A stretch of DNA of 64,000 nucleotides, from contig NC_043002.1 in the NCBI RefSeq assembly GCF_006345805.1, positions 78,182,001 through 78,246,000 of the forward strand, in the 5' to 3' direction. Made by a program: the position numbers and the translations under genes. This document shows positions 25,696 through 37,497 of this stretch, piece after piece; the stretch's first letter is position 1; each line of letters begins with the position of its first letter. The notes under the pieces were generated by a model, which ran no database searches, was not told the DNA's origin, and saw nothing but the letters and a program-made list of their open reading frames with translations. The stretch comes from Octopus sinensis. Taxonomy: Eukaryota.

Positions 25696-25940
25696 CAGAT
25701 AGATAAATGAATAGATAGGTGAGGATTTTGTATTACTGAGGCTAATGTTTCTACAGCTGGATACTCTGTTTACTGTTAAACCAAGTAACTAGGAACTGGA
25801 AAAGGTGCCTGTTTTCAGCTAGGACATCTAAGATAAAGGATGTTAATAATTCATCTTAGGAACACCACTCAAAGGCAAAAGTAGAATTTGAGCTAATACC
25901 CATAAAGTCAGAAATCAATTAGCTTAACCTAACAACATCA

Positions 25941-25944
<4 letters not shown>

Positions 25945-26026
<82 letters not shown>
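25945..26026. repeat. (GA)n microsatellite
   Basis: About 40 perfect GA units. Confidence 0.98.
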
Positions 26027-26029
<3 letters not shown>

Positions 26030-26514
26030 TATATTTTAAAATTTTATATTTTCGACTAATAACTTCACCTTTATGTTTTTTTTATTATATTTATACCCAC
26101 ATCATTTCAATTGGTTTCATCCCCAATCACAATCCAGTGTCTTATTCTTTGAGATGCACCTTCAGTCTGCTTCAGAAATAAGACACCTGGTCGTGATCAA
26201 AGATAAAACCTGACTGAAATTTAATAGATGTAAATACAAAGAAAGAAATCCATCTTTATAAGTGAAGAAGTCGCTTTTGTTTTTTTAATTCTGTTTCTAA
26301 CTATAAAATTTCCTATTATTAAAACAAGAACATAAAATTATATTTTTTCATCTGAGCAAAATCATAATTATTACAATTAATACAATAGAGGAAAAAAGGG
26401 AAGTATGATAATCATACCTTTACAAATAACAGCACTTGTATTAAATGAAACAGTTCCAAATGTGATTGCTGAAAACTGACCAGATCACTAGGGTTCTTAA
26501 CCATTCTTTCTAAT

Positions 26515-26716
26515 TTTGGTACAAAGCCAGGGATTTTGAGAGGAGGGGGAAGTCAATTATATAGACCCTTCCCCCAGTACTCAATTGGTACTTATTTTAT
26601 CAACCCCCAAGAGGATGATAGACAAAGTTGACCTCGGCGGAATTTGAATTCAGAACGTAAAGACAAATGTAATGCCACTAAACATTTCGCCAGGTGTGCT
26701 AACGATTCTGCCAGCA
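26515..26716 (-). mobile_element. SINE family B copy
   Basis: TTTTGGTACAAAGCCAG...GTTGACCTCGGCGGAATTTGAATTCAGAAC...AACGATTCTGCCAGC. Confidence 0.8.
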
Positions 26717-27669
26717 ATAATAATAATAATAATAGTGACAAAATAAAGAAAAACAGTTGTAGGAAATAAACTAAAACTGACAACTGGTTTTCCTGCAAGC
26801 CAACAAGTGCCATTAAAGAGTGTTACAAAGTTAGATAAACAAGTAAAGAAGAATAGCTGCAGTTGGTAAAGCAATGATGCTAAAAAGCCAAAATGTATAA
26901 ATTAGGAAACCAGCAAAACTTAACAGATACAAGTTATAAGAAACGTTTACTAAATGCTGCACATATGTTAAGAACCAGGTGCAAGTTTTTTTTTTAAACA
27001 ACAAAGTTTGAGAAAATGGACAAATTAAAAGCCATTTGGCATTTTCAAAGCTGAAAAATGAATAAAAACACTCAAGAAGCCTCAGCTTATGGTAATAATC
27101 TACAAAGTCTTATTTTACATGGTGACGATACACATAAAAAGAGTTACATGACTGTATTTTTGTTTTGAACTGTAATATATATATAGTAGTATATGAGAAG
27201 GAAGGAAAGTAGAATCTTAACTTTCTTAGTCTTAGTCCCACCTACTCTTTATTGAAGATTGGATAACAAAAGATCCCAACTGAAACGAACACAAGCACAA
27301 GTCATGAGCCTGCTCCCAAGCGAGGGCCTTATCTGCCACAATTCTCAACTAGGTATTCATAAGGAGAATTAGAGCTTAATAGGTAAATGAAAAAGAATGT
27401 ATCTAATTCAAATTGATTTTGACAACAAGTAAATACAAACTATGAATTCTCTCTCATAATGACAGAAATGAAACTAGAAGGGCTATATATATATATATTG
27501 TGCAGGAAAGTATCAAATTTAAAATGGAGTGGAGGAGAAAAGAACAATGAATGCAGCAGAAAGAAGAATGGAGGAGACATTAAGAAATCTGAGAATATGT
27601 CACAGAAAAAAATTAGCAGAGATGATGAATTTCGGAAAAGAAAGAAAAAATTCTGTACAACTGGTTTTT

Positions 27670-27960
27670 AATTCTTTAACTGGCTTCAATCATTGCACTG
27701 TGACCAGAACAAGGTACTACATCTTTTTTCTGCAGGGGTTCACTTAATCATACCAACCTCAGTAGTACTTATTTTATGAATATCTATTTGTGAAACTGCT
27801 AAATACAGATACTGACAGATTACACACACACACACACAAACAACAAGTTCTCCTACAGTTTCCATCTACTTAATTTCACTTACAAAGCAGTGCTCAACCT
27901 GAGTTTATAATTGAAGACAATAGCCTGAGGTGCCACAAAGTGGGATTGAACCCAAAGTTA
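27670..27960 (-). mobile_element. Diverged SINE family A copy
   Basis: CAGTTTCCATCTAC...TTCACTTACAAAGC...GGTGCCACAAAGTGGGATTGAACCC. Confidence 0.65.
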
Positions 27961-29562
27961 ACTTCTGAGCTACTTTTGTTGAATGTGTATTTGTAGAATA
28001 TATTGCTAAATGTTTTATATTTAGTTTTTTTTTTTTTTTTTTTTTTTGGTTTATCTCTCTCTTCTAATTGCATTTTTATTCCTAATGTAAGGACATTTTA
28101 GCATAGCTGACATACTTGAGTTGTCAAGCTAAAACACCAAAGAATCTCTGGCAAATAACCACATTTTCACATTTGGTTATAAAAGGATAAGAAAAAAAAT
28201 TAAGGTTTTATGCAAAGGGATGTAGAAATACAGAAAAAAATATATGAATTCTTGTATATGTGCATGTATGAGTGTTTTTACATCTATTTCTCCAAGCCAG
28301 CATAAGTTTTACAGACACACACAGGTGCTATCGTAAGGAATAAAGAGAATTAATGTGATCAGTGACAAGGCATAGGAATGAGATAAGCCATGAGATGATG
28401 TATATCTGTTATGCATCATGTATGTGTATATGTGTACATACACACTCACATGCATACACACATATATGCTGTATATGAAATATGTACACTGACATAACAA
28501 AGCTATGATAAATAAGCAAGCACTAATGCATACAACTGCTGCCCACCAGCAGTGACAACAACATCATCACCATCACAATCAACAACAACAAGAGTATAGA
28601 TTCCAAGAACAACCAACCCAAAGGACCTAGGAAGTTTGTGACAGTAAAGTTTTTACCAATTCTAAAAGGTGCCAAGTCCATCATTTACTACCTGGCATAT
28701 AGTTGATTATTCTGAAGCCAAACAGTTTGCTAGTAGTCAATGACAACCATCTTCAACACAATTTTCCACCACCGCTAAAGACAAGAATAACAATGCTGTT
28801 TAAATCCCTGCCCCCACCAAATAACAACATACAATAGCCCATTATATGTCCAGAAAGCCTACTGAGTGGATTTACAAGTCGATATCAAGCATTTGATGAG
28901 TAATAGTACCACCACAGGGCACTAGTACCAATGATAAAACTAACAACAGAACACATCACCACATATAAACAGATATTTATCTGTAACCAGAAACTACAGC
29001 TTACACCTTGGGCTTTTTTTTTCATCTTTTGTAAAAAGAACCATGCTTTTGAAAGAGGAAGGGAAAAATTTTTTTGCAAGAGAAGTTAATGGGAGTGAGA
29101 AACAGATGAGGGAATCAAATTTAGAGACAGGGACAGAGACAAACAAACCATGTAAAGAGGCATTTGCTAAATGTAAGAAATGAGCTGAGAAACTAAAAAC
29201 ACAAAACAAAAAAAACACCTGCATCCCAAAATAACAATTGTGGTGGTGGTGGTGATAGGGGGAGTATTATTTTGTTAGAATAAACCAATTAAAAATAAAA
29301 ATTTGGTTCCCTGTTTCTTTGACCAAAAGCTTTCAGAACAAAGGTATATGGTAGTAAACTCAAAACAATATCCAAAAATAGGAAAAAAAAAAAAAGAACA
29401 AACTTTCATACTTTTAATTCCGACAGATTAATAAAGCCAAACTAATCACATAATTACTAAAGGAGAAGTGGAGACAAGAGAAACAGAGGGGGTAATAATT
29501 ATAGCTATACAGACACACACATACATGTGTGTAGTATATGCATGTGTGTATGTATGTATGTA

Positions 29563-29619
<57 letters not shown>

Positions 29620-30022
29620 TGTTTCAATCATCATTTCGTTTTTGCTGTTTGATACTGAATAAAACTTTTTTTTTTTATATTACTCGTGATATGAATTTTA
29701 GAAATGCTTTACTAGTAGTAGTTGTAGTAGTAGTAGTAGGAACAAGAGCAACCCCTAAGAGTCATTATTACTGCTTGCTGCCACAAGAAAAATTCCTGAA
29801 ACGTATTTCACTGGCAACCAAAGTTGGTGCATCCAAAGTCCCAGACAGGCAGTGCATGTGTGTATGCGTGCACGCATGTGTGTGCTTGTGTGTGTGTGTG
29901 GGGGGGTTTGTGTATGCACGTTCAAGAAATACCATTTCAACTGGCTCCTTTAATGCTTCACTCTCCCCACCCATTCACTACCCTGTCTCTTGCCACTTAT
30001 TTTCTTTGCTTATGCTCTTCTT

Positions 30023-30057
<35 letters not shown>

Positions 30058-30965
30058 CTTTCATAATTATTATATTATTATTATTATTGTTATTATCATC
30101 ATTATTATTATTATTATTATTATGATAATCTTTCTCCATGGGAGAAAACATGTAGCAAATCACATTGTGGTCGTTGCTTTCTGCTGACAGGTTTCGTTTT
30201 TTTTATTTTTTTGTTTGAGTTGTCTGTAACTCTTTTTTTTTTTGCTTTTGTTGTTTTATCATTTCTTTCAAAGCGAAGAAAAAAAAACGAACGAAAAACA
30301 AAAAAAAAAAACAAAACCAAACAAAAACAATCCTTTAATACTTCCTTCTGTTTTGCTGCAGGTAGAGATGTCTGTCTATCCAGTTATTTTGTTGTTTATT
30401 TTTTTCTGATCTAAATTTTTTGTGTTTTTTTTTCTTTTTCTTTTCACTGAAAATTTAAAAAAAAAATAAATAAAAAAATACAATACAAAAAGAAAAAAAA
30501 AACACCGGCCACAGACCTTGCTGCTGTCACATTATGATTCTACTGCCAGCCCCACCAAGACCCCTAGTCCAAAACATGTCCATATGTGTGTGTGTGAGTG
30601 TTGGTACCTACTTCACACTGTACAGTAATAGCAGCCACCAGTTGACAGTGAAGAGGTGCAGACAATAGTAGGAATTGCTGTAGAGTAGTAGTAGTAGTAG
30701 TAATAGTAGTAGTAATATTAATAGTAATAGTAGTAGTAGTAGTAGCAGTTAGATAACCTACACAAAACAATGCACTGTACACAGAAAGACAGCCAGACCA
30801 GGCAACAGCAGCTACAGTTTGTGGTTCAATCACTGGCAGGAAGATGGAGCATTCTAGAGGATGGGGGGGTAGAAGAACAAGAGTTGAAATGTCTTCAAGG
30901 GCTTTTTTTTCTTTCTTTCTTTCCAGTATTTTTTTTAGTCCGTCAAACTAACCAAATATGGCAAA

Positions 30966-31038
30966 TCAAGTAACATCCATTGGTACAATTCTGTCTTTAC
31001 TGAAATTACTCAGAAGACTTCCATCTTCATAGGTCTGT
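30966..31038 (-). CDS. EPC1: Enhancer of polycomb homolog, last coding exon (QTYEDGSLLSNFSKDRIVPMDVT*)
   Basis: Acceptor ttttacag; phase 2 completes Lys from the previous exon. The C-terminal PMDVT matches the conserved EPC1/2 'MEVT' end. TGA at 30968-30966. Confidence 0.9.
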
Positions 31039-31171
31039 CTGTAAAAAACAAAAAAATAAAGAAATACGTCATACAACAATATAAGAACAAATGAACAATA
31101 AAAAAGAAACATAATATAATGAAAGTAAAGAGAGAGAGAGAGGAAAGAAAGCTTCTGAGAATGCGGAAAGC

Positions 31172-31372
31172 TTAATAAAAACCTTTATATTTCAGGCACA
31201 AAGACCCATCTCCAGAAGAAAAGAACAATCTGAGAAAAGTTCAGTTATGTAAGTTCCATTAACCCATTCATATTTGAATGGGCTAACAGAACCTACATGA
31301 CTGAACTTTTCTCAGGCTGTTATTTTCTCCTGAAGATGGGCCTTTGCATCTGAAATATAAAGGTTTTATTAA
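31172..31372. repeat. 200-bp palindrome (inverted repeat) with TTAA ends
   Basis: Arms 31172-31270 and 31275-31372, with 14 substitutions plus 1 indel and a 4-nt loop. Confidence 0.92.
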
Positions 31373-31576
31373 CCATTTTGTTACTGTATTTATTTTGAGA
31401 TGCTCTGTGTTTCTTTCAATTACTTTAAATATAAGAAAGAATTTAGTAAAATAACTTAGTTATCATTCAGCAAGTGTTAGGAACATAACTTGTGACTAAG
31501 GTTTTTGTAGAAGATTTAAATTCAAAGCTTATGAAAACAAGACATTTCTACTACAGCTGGGTTGGTAACGAAAGGG
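31373..31576. mobile_element. piggyBac-type MITE with TTAA target duplication
   Basis: TTAA|CCATTTTGTTAC...GTAACGAAAGGG|TTAA; related copies at ~4400-4612, 39480-39690, 40660-40887, 52760-53010 and 58400-58600. Confidence 0.75.
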
Positions 31577-31846
31577 TTAAACTTTACACATTGTCAGAAG
31601 CTTTCTATTTTCTCCCTTTTTACCTTCTTCAAAATTACAATGCTTCAAACAAACAACACTCTTACATAATATAATATATAAGAACAAAGATATATATCAT
31701 CAGTTTAATGTCCACTTTTCCATGCTCTCACAGGTCAGGCAGAGGCACACTTTCAACAACTGGATGCCTCTCTTGTCACCAATCCTCACTTATTTCTAAG
31801 CTAGGTAATATTTCCCCCATGACCAGATATGTTTTCTTGGAAGAGT

Positions 31847-31920
<74 letters not shown>

Positions 31921-31923
<3 letters not shown>

Positions 31924-32463
31924 CGAGCAAAACGCCCCCCCCCCCAATGGACGGTGCTGAGTTGTCAAACATTTAAACCAAATTTTCTCAAAACAACTTG
32001 TCCGACCGTCCCATAGGCCTCCTATGATTTAACCTAAATTTGAGATATCAGCAAAAGAAGAAATAAAGATAGACTTTTTTCCTATTCCAAAGAAAAACGA
32101 TTTTATTCACACAAATATGCAACCAAAGAGTTTAAAGTACCAGTAATGAAAAGGCTGTTGACTTGGAGAACACAAACATGGTTTAAACAGTAAGCTTGGC
32201 AGGAAAGAAATGTGCCGTTAAGCAGTACAAAAACAACGTGCATTTTTCTCGTGTAAACGTAGTATAGATCGCAACAGCTAATGTACTTGCGTGTACAAAT
32301 GCACGTTCCCATGGCTTTATCGATTGCATTTTCACCTGGAATCGACACGCCTTGATACCATCGGTATCTACATATCAAATTTGAGCGCAATCGGATGGAG
32401 AATGCCCAAGATCCTAGAAGACACACACACACAGAAAGACAGAACGGATTTTATATAATAGAT
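31921..32463 (+). mobile_element. Non-autonomous Helitron-like element
   Basis: CpG-rich insert after (TA)n, ending (CA)n-GACAGAAC-GGATTTTATATAATAGAT; a similar end occurs at 34045-34078. Confidence 0.45.
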
Positions 32464-33324
32464 GAACTCTCCCATTGGTTCCGACACATTCTTTGTCAGT
32501 CATAATGCTTATATCGAATGTGACATTTGTGTCCTGCCAACAATTTACAAAGAAATTCACAAATGTTGCAAGTATGAGTCAGTATGTTTGCAGCTGCTTT
32601 TCTCATTTGCCCTACAACCCTTAACCTGTTAAAGCTGGTTGAAAGAAAGTCTCTTATATTATTTTGACATGATGATCTCCATTTTGTTCACTCCAAGGTT
32701 GTTTGCTCAAAGGTGTTGTGAACTATAGACGGCTTGTTCTTATACCTGAGCTGGGGTTGACCAACATTTCTGTGCCCAATAAATGCTGGTTGTACATGAG
32801 GACTTTGGGTATTCTTTTGTCACTCATTCTGACAGGACCAGCTCAGCACAATTGTGACTGCATAGGGAAACTTCACCAATCTTAACTTACTAAATGCATG
32901 TACACGCACACACAAAGGGTTTCTTTCAGTTTCAATCTACGAAATCCACTCAGAAAAGCTTAGGTCAACCTGAGGTTATAGTAGAAGACGCTTGCTCAAG
33001 TTGCCATGCAGTGGGGCAGAATTGAAAGCAATGTGGTGGAAAGTAAACTTCTTAACACATAGAAAGTTGCTAGCAAATGTGGTGAAGGCTGATTGTAGAA
33101 TGCTGAACCTCACAAAGGAGATGATAAAGGACTACTAATACTCAGAAGCTGTGTTGAAACCGAACAGTCCAACTCATATTAATATTGAAAAGCTTACATA
33201 TAAATTATGATGACATGCAACTTCCTAATTTTTCAATAAACTAGAGCCACTTGTTCTTCATTTACTTCACTCCTTGATCTATTTTTTGACAACTGAGTAA
33301 AAATGGCATACATATTGATTTCAA

Positions 33325-33527
33325 ATTTTGGCACAAGACTAGCAATTTCAATGGAAGGGGTTGATTATATTGAGTCCAGTTCTCAGCTAGTACTTATTTT
33401 ATCGACCCTGAAAGGATGAAAAGTCAAGTCAACTGTGGCAGAATTTGAGCTCAGAACACAAAGACAGACGAAATGTCACTCAGCATTTCGCCTGGCATGC
33501 TAACATTTCTGCCAGCTCGCCACCTTA
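33325..33527 (-). mobile_element. SINE family B copy
   Basis: GTACTTATTTTATCGACCCTGAAAGGATGAA...GGCAGAATTTGAGCTCAGAAC...CTGCCAGCTCGCC. Confidence 0.8.
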
Positions 33528-34337
33528 TAAATAACTAGCTCTACAAACTGCACTCAGTGCAGACTTTTAAGCTAGCTCCTGCAGAGGGCTAATTGAGCCA
33601 GTGGCCTAAAACTGAAGAGAGCTAAATAGTATGACTAAAATATGTCTGTGATGACAATATGACCTGGTGGTGTTTCATAAGTGGTTAAGGATGGATGAGA
33701 ATTAATTCTGTTATGCAAACATTCTACTGTTCCAGTTCCAATTTGAATTCCAACTGTAGGCCAATTTATTCCAAACTTATCTCAATGTAAAATTAATGAA
33801 GTGAATGTCATTTATCTCCCCTGCTAATCTCCGATATCATCTGACAAACACCAACCAAGATAGCATGAATCAGCCAAGCTTTACCTGCTAAAAATAGCAA
33901 CTCAAATGCTTTTAAATCAAATCCCAATGCTGGATGTTCAAGAACCAAATGAAGGATAGATTTTCATTCCTGGGATCATCCTGATTCCAAAAAGTTATAA
34001 CATGTCTATGTAGAACAAATGTAAGACTGAGATACAGGGGTCCCAGACAGACAGAATTTCGCTTTTATTATTATAGATATACCTATTGACAGACTGAAGA
34101 CTGAAACAAGCAATATGGCCTTAATTAGCAACCCCAATTAAACAGAGTTGCAATAGTGGTTGTTAAACTATTGATTTTGCAGTGAATATGTGCATTTCTC
34201 ATAAAACTGCAACCAACACTATGGCCATCAAAACATCCATATAATGTACGTTAAAATAGACAATCATTGTTAGTCAATCTTATAATGTGATAACCAGAGC
34301 AGTGCATCACAACAACCTGTGATCTGATTTACATTAC

Positions 34338-34696
34338 TATTACTGCTGCCTTAGCGAAGGCGGAGGTATTGTTTTGAGTCATGTTTGACTGTGGTCAAGA
34401 TATCTCAATAACTGCTGGATGGAGTCAGATGAAACTTTCAGGGATGTTTGACCTCATGCCTGGCATGAACTGATTAGATTTGGAGATTGATCAAGTGCTG
34501 GACAAGGATTTTGGATTATTTTCCGTTTTATTACTTAATTTTTGAGAGCAGTTAGGTTCATTTTTAGTATTCTCGTTTGTGAGAACAGTCAAGTTTATTT
34601 CAGATATTCTCATTTTAAAAATCATCTCTGGCTAATTGTTGAGAGGACGTTGGTGTTGCCTTGGCAGAAGTTTGCACTCTCTGCGGGCTCTTGTTA
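34338..34696 (+). mobile_element. Helentron/DINE-like non-autonomous element
   Basis: 5' ...GCCTTAGCGAAGGCGGAGGTATTGTTTT and 3' GCCTTGGCAGAAGTTTGCACTCTCTGCGGGCTCTTGTT (subterminal inverted repeat plus 3' hairpin), inserted in T-rich sequence. Confidence 0.6.
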
Positions 34697-35000
34697 TTAT
34701 TAACATTCTGCACATTCACTAATCCTTTGACAGTTTCAGTAACATATCAGTTTTTTTGTAGAAGTAAAAGTCTGGAGAAAGAAAAGCTGTGAGTGGTCGC
34801 CCATGTTTCTTTCCACAATGCACAGTAAGGAGATTGACAGACAGAACAGTATTGACTATAGTACTTAACTGGTAAATCCCAAACGTACAAGAATAAAATA
34901 TAAAATATATAAAAGAAACAAAAGAAAATAATTGAAAATATAAAGAACAAACTGAGAGAGAGTAATTCGTGAAATCATTAAGTAATAATGGGATGCTTAC

Positions 35001-35229
35001 TTTTTATAGGATTCAAGAGCAGAGGGATTCTTTGCCGTAAGCTTGAGGACTGGTAAAGCAGACTTTGATGCAGTGATTATTTTATTGGAGGTCACATTAT
35101 TTAAACCTGCTACTAGTGAAGATGAAACAATTCCTGATGGAAGATGAGAGTCACTACTGGGAGATGACTGACTGAGGTTGAGTTGTAGGACAGTTGCAGC
35201 CTGGCCTCTATTGGACTGGTTCTCTCGAA
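35001..35229 (-). CDS. EPC1: Enhancer of polycomb homolog, penultimate coding exon (Ser-rich)
   Basis: tttcag acceptor and gtaagc donor; phases 1/2 fit both neighbours. Translates IRENQSNRGQAATVLQLNLSQSSPSS...KNPSALESYK. Confidence 0.85.
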
Positions 35230-35304
35230 CTGAAACAGAAAAGAATAGGCACAAAAACAATGAGATCAGATTTATAATCACAACCTGTGTATGCACACTA
35301 TATT

Positions 35305-35570
35305 ACATACACATGGAATAAACTACCTGCATTAGTTGTTAGCTGTCGAGACACTACATCCTTCAAAACTGCCATGCTTCATGAAATTCGCTAGCAGTAC
35401 ACCTGATGCTCCAACCCCTGCTGTTTTTATTGTTTTTTTAAGACTTAGTCACAGTTCACTTCCTGCGCATACTCTATGTAGTTTTGGTTACTTTTTCTGA
35501 TGAGTTGTAGTGCACCTGAGTACTGTATATCGTAAGTTAGTCATCATCATCATTATTATTATTATTATAT
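35305..35570 (+). mobile_element. CR1-type LINE 3' end fragment
   Basis: Homologous to 57185-57445 (WNKLPA.VVSC..T.SFKT.M, then 3' UTR and (ATT)n tail). Confidence 0.7.
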
Positions 35571-35574
35571 AGTG

Positions 35575-35880
35575 GTTAGGGTAAAGAAGGGCACCCAGCT
35601 ATAGAAATCATACCAAAGCAGATGTTAGAGAATGATGTAGGTGTCTGAACCCTCAGGTCCAGCCAACCCATGCCAGCACTGGAGATGGAGATTAAAAGAT
35701 GATGACCACATGCACACATAGATACATAGACATGATAGGCCCTGAACACTTCCCATCCATCAAATTCACTCAAAAGTGTATGATTAACCAGGGGCTGTAT
35801 AGACACTTGCCCAAGTTGCTGTGCAGTGGGGCTGAACAAGACCACATGGTTGCAAAGTAAACATCTTGACCATACAGTCA
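35575..35880 (-). mobile_element. Diverged SINE family A-related copy
   Basis: CAAATTCACTCA...GACACTTGCCCAAG...GCAGTGGGGCTGAAC...ACCACATGGTTGC. Confidence 0.6.
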
Positions 35881-37082
35881 TATATTTATACATTTATTAT
35901 TATTATCATTCTGCACATTCACTCATCCTTGGACAGTTTCAGTAACATCAGTTTTTGTAAAAGTAAAACTCTAGACTGAACAAAGGATTCAGTCCATCTC
36001 CATTTCTGGAGAAAGGAAAGCTGTGAGTGGTCTCCCATGTTTCTTTCCACAATGTAGAGTAAAGGAGGGAGGGAGACAGAGGTATTGACTGGAGTACTTA
36101 ACTGGTAAATCACAGAAAGATAAAAAGTGAAGTTAAACTCAACAGGATTTCAACTCAGACCTCTGCCATGGGCCCTAAGATGACTACTTGTAAGGTTATT
36201 TCTACGGTTTTGAGTAACAATTTTTGGAAAATGCCTCACCTTATATTTGAACATATGTTCAAATAATTACCAGTTGAGCACTGGGGTCGATGTAATCGAC
36301 TTTACTCCTGGGTATGAGTATTTAAAAAAAAAACTCTTTGTAAAGCCATGTTGAGCCAGTGTGGCAGAGTAGGCTTATCAAACTAGTATGATCTCAAGCT
36401 CAAATTCACAGTCTGTAAATAGGACCATAGTTGGCAGAGAAAACAAGCTAAGGCCTTTGTTCTGCAGTGGACAATGAAAATCCAAATCCATGGATAGGCA
36501 ATGAAAATCCAAATCCATGTGTTTGCTTAATTCCACCCCAAGTTTAACAGAAAAAATGGCTAGAAGACATCTGTTGCTGCTGCTGTATTACCACAATCAT
36601 TCTATGTTTTTTCCATGCTTACATAAGTTGGATGGTATGAAGTAGGGGTTCCCAAACTAAGATAAATTTATCATCATCATCAACCACTAGAGATTACTGT
36701 CTTAAGTTCTAAGAATCATAGGACTGGTCACCTTTTTTCCATGGTATTTAAGTGACCAACACAACATCCTCCCCTGAATAGAATGCCTGTCTGTGGCAGA
36801 GTTACTCATTTACAGGTGAGTGGACTGAAGTAACATGAAATGAAGTGTTTTACTCAAGAACGAATCTCACTCCTTGGTTCAGGAATTGAAACCACAATCT
36901 TGTAGTCTGAGCACAAAAAACCCTAACTGCATAAATTTGCTGATTCTAGATTTTTACATATTTTTTCCCCATTTATAATTTTAAATAATCCAAAAGTTGA
37001 GAAAATTGTTTAAACTAGATCTATTTTATGAAAAAAATACTCATTTTCTTATTATTATTTCTACCATTCTGGATTTAATTAC

Positions 37083-37497
37083 CAGACATGACTGGATGTG
37101 TGGTGGAGAAGCTTGCTTCCCAACCACACTGTTTTGGGTTCAGTCCCACAACATGCACTTTGGGCAGGTGTCTTCCAAGCCGTCCATAGCCATCTGATTG
37201 GATTTGGTAGAGGGAAACTGAAAAGAAGCGTGTCGTGTGTGTGAGTGCGCATGCATTACTTTGTCTTGACATCATGTGACACTTGTCAACCAGCATCACT
37301 GTCATACAAGTGATGTTGCTCATTTTCAGTCTTAAGGAAAAACATGTCTGGCTGTGGGGAAATATTACCTTACTTGGAAACAGGTGATGGTTGGCAACAA
37401 GAAGGGCATTTGGCTATAGAAAATTTGTCTCAATAAATTCCGTCTGACCCATGCAAACAGGATACATTGGATGTTAAAGGAAGATGTTGATGATGAT
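37083..37497 (+). mobile_element. SINE family A head with RTE-like tail
   Basis: GGGTTCAGTCCCAC...GGGCAGGTGTCTTC...GGATTTGGTAG...GGAAACTGAAAAGAAGC, ending GGATGTTAAAG...(GAT)n. Confidence 0.75.

Noticed and set aside
29446-30973. Multiple ORFs with poly-N, poly-L/I, poly-T and RE repeats
   Set aside because: Frames through (AAT)n, (ACT)n and (GA)n microsatellites downstream of the EPC1 stop.
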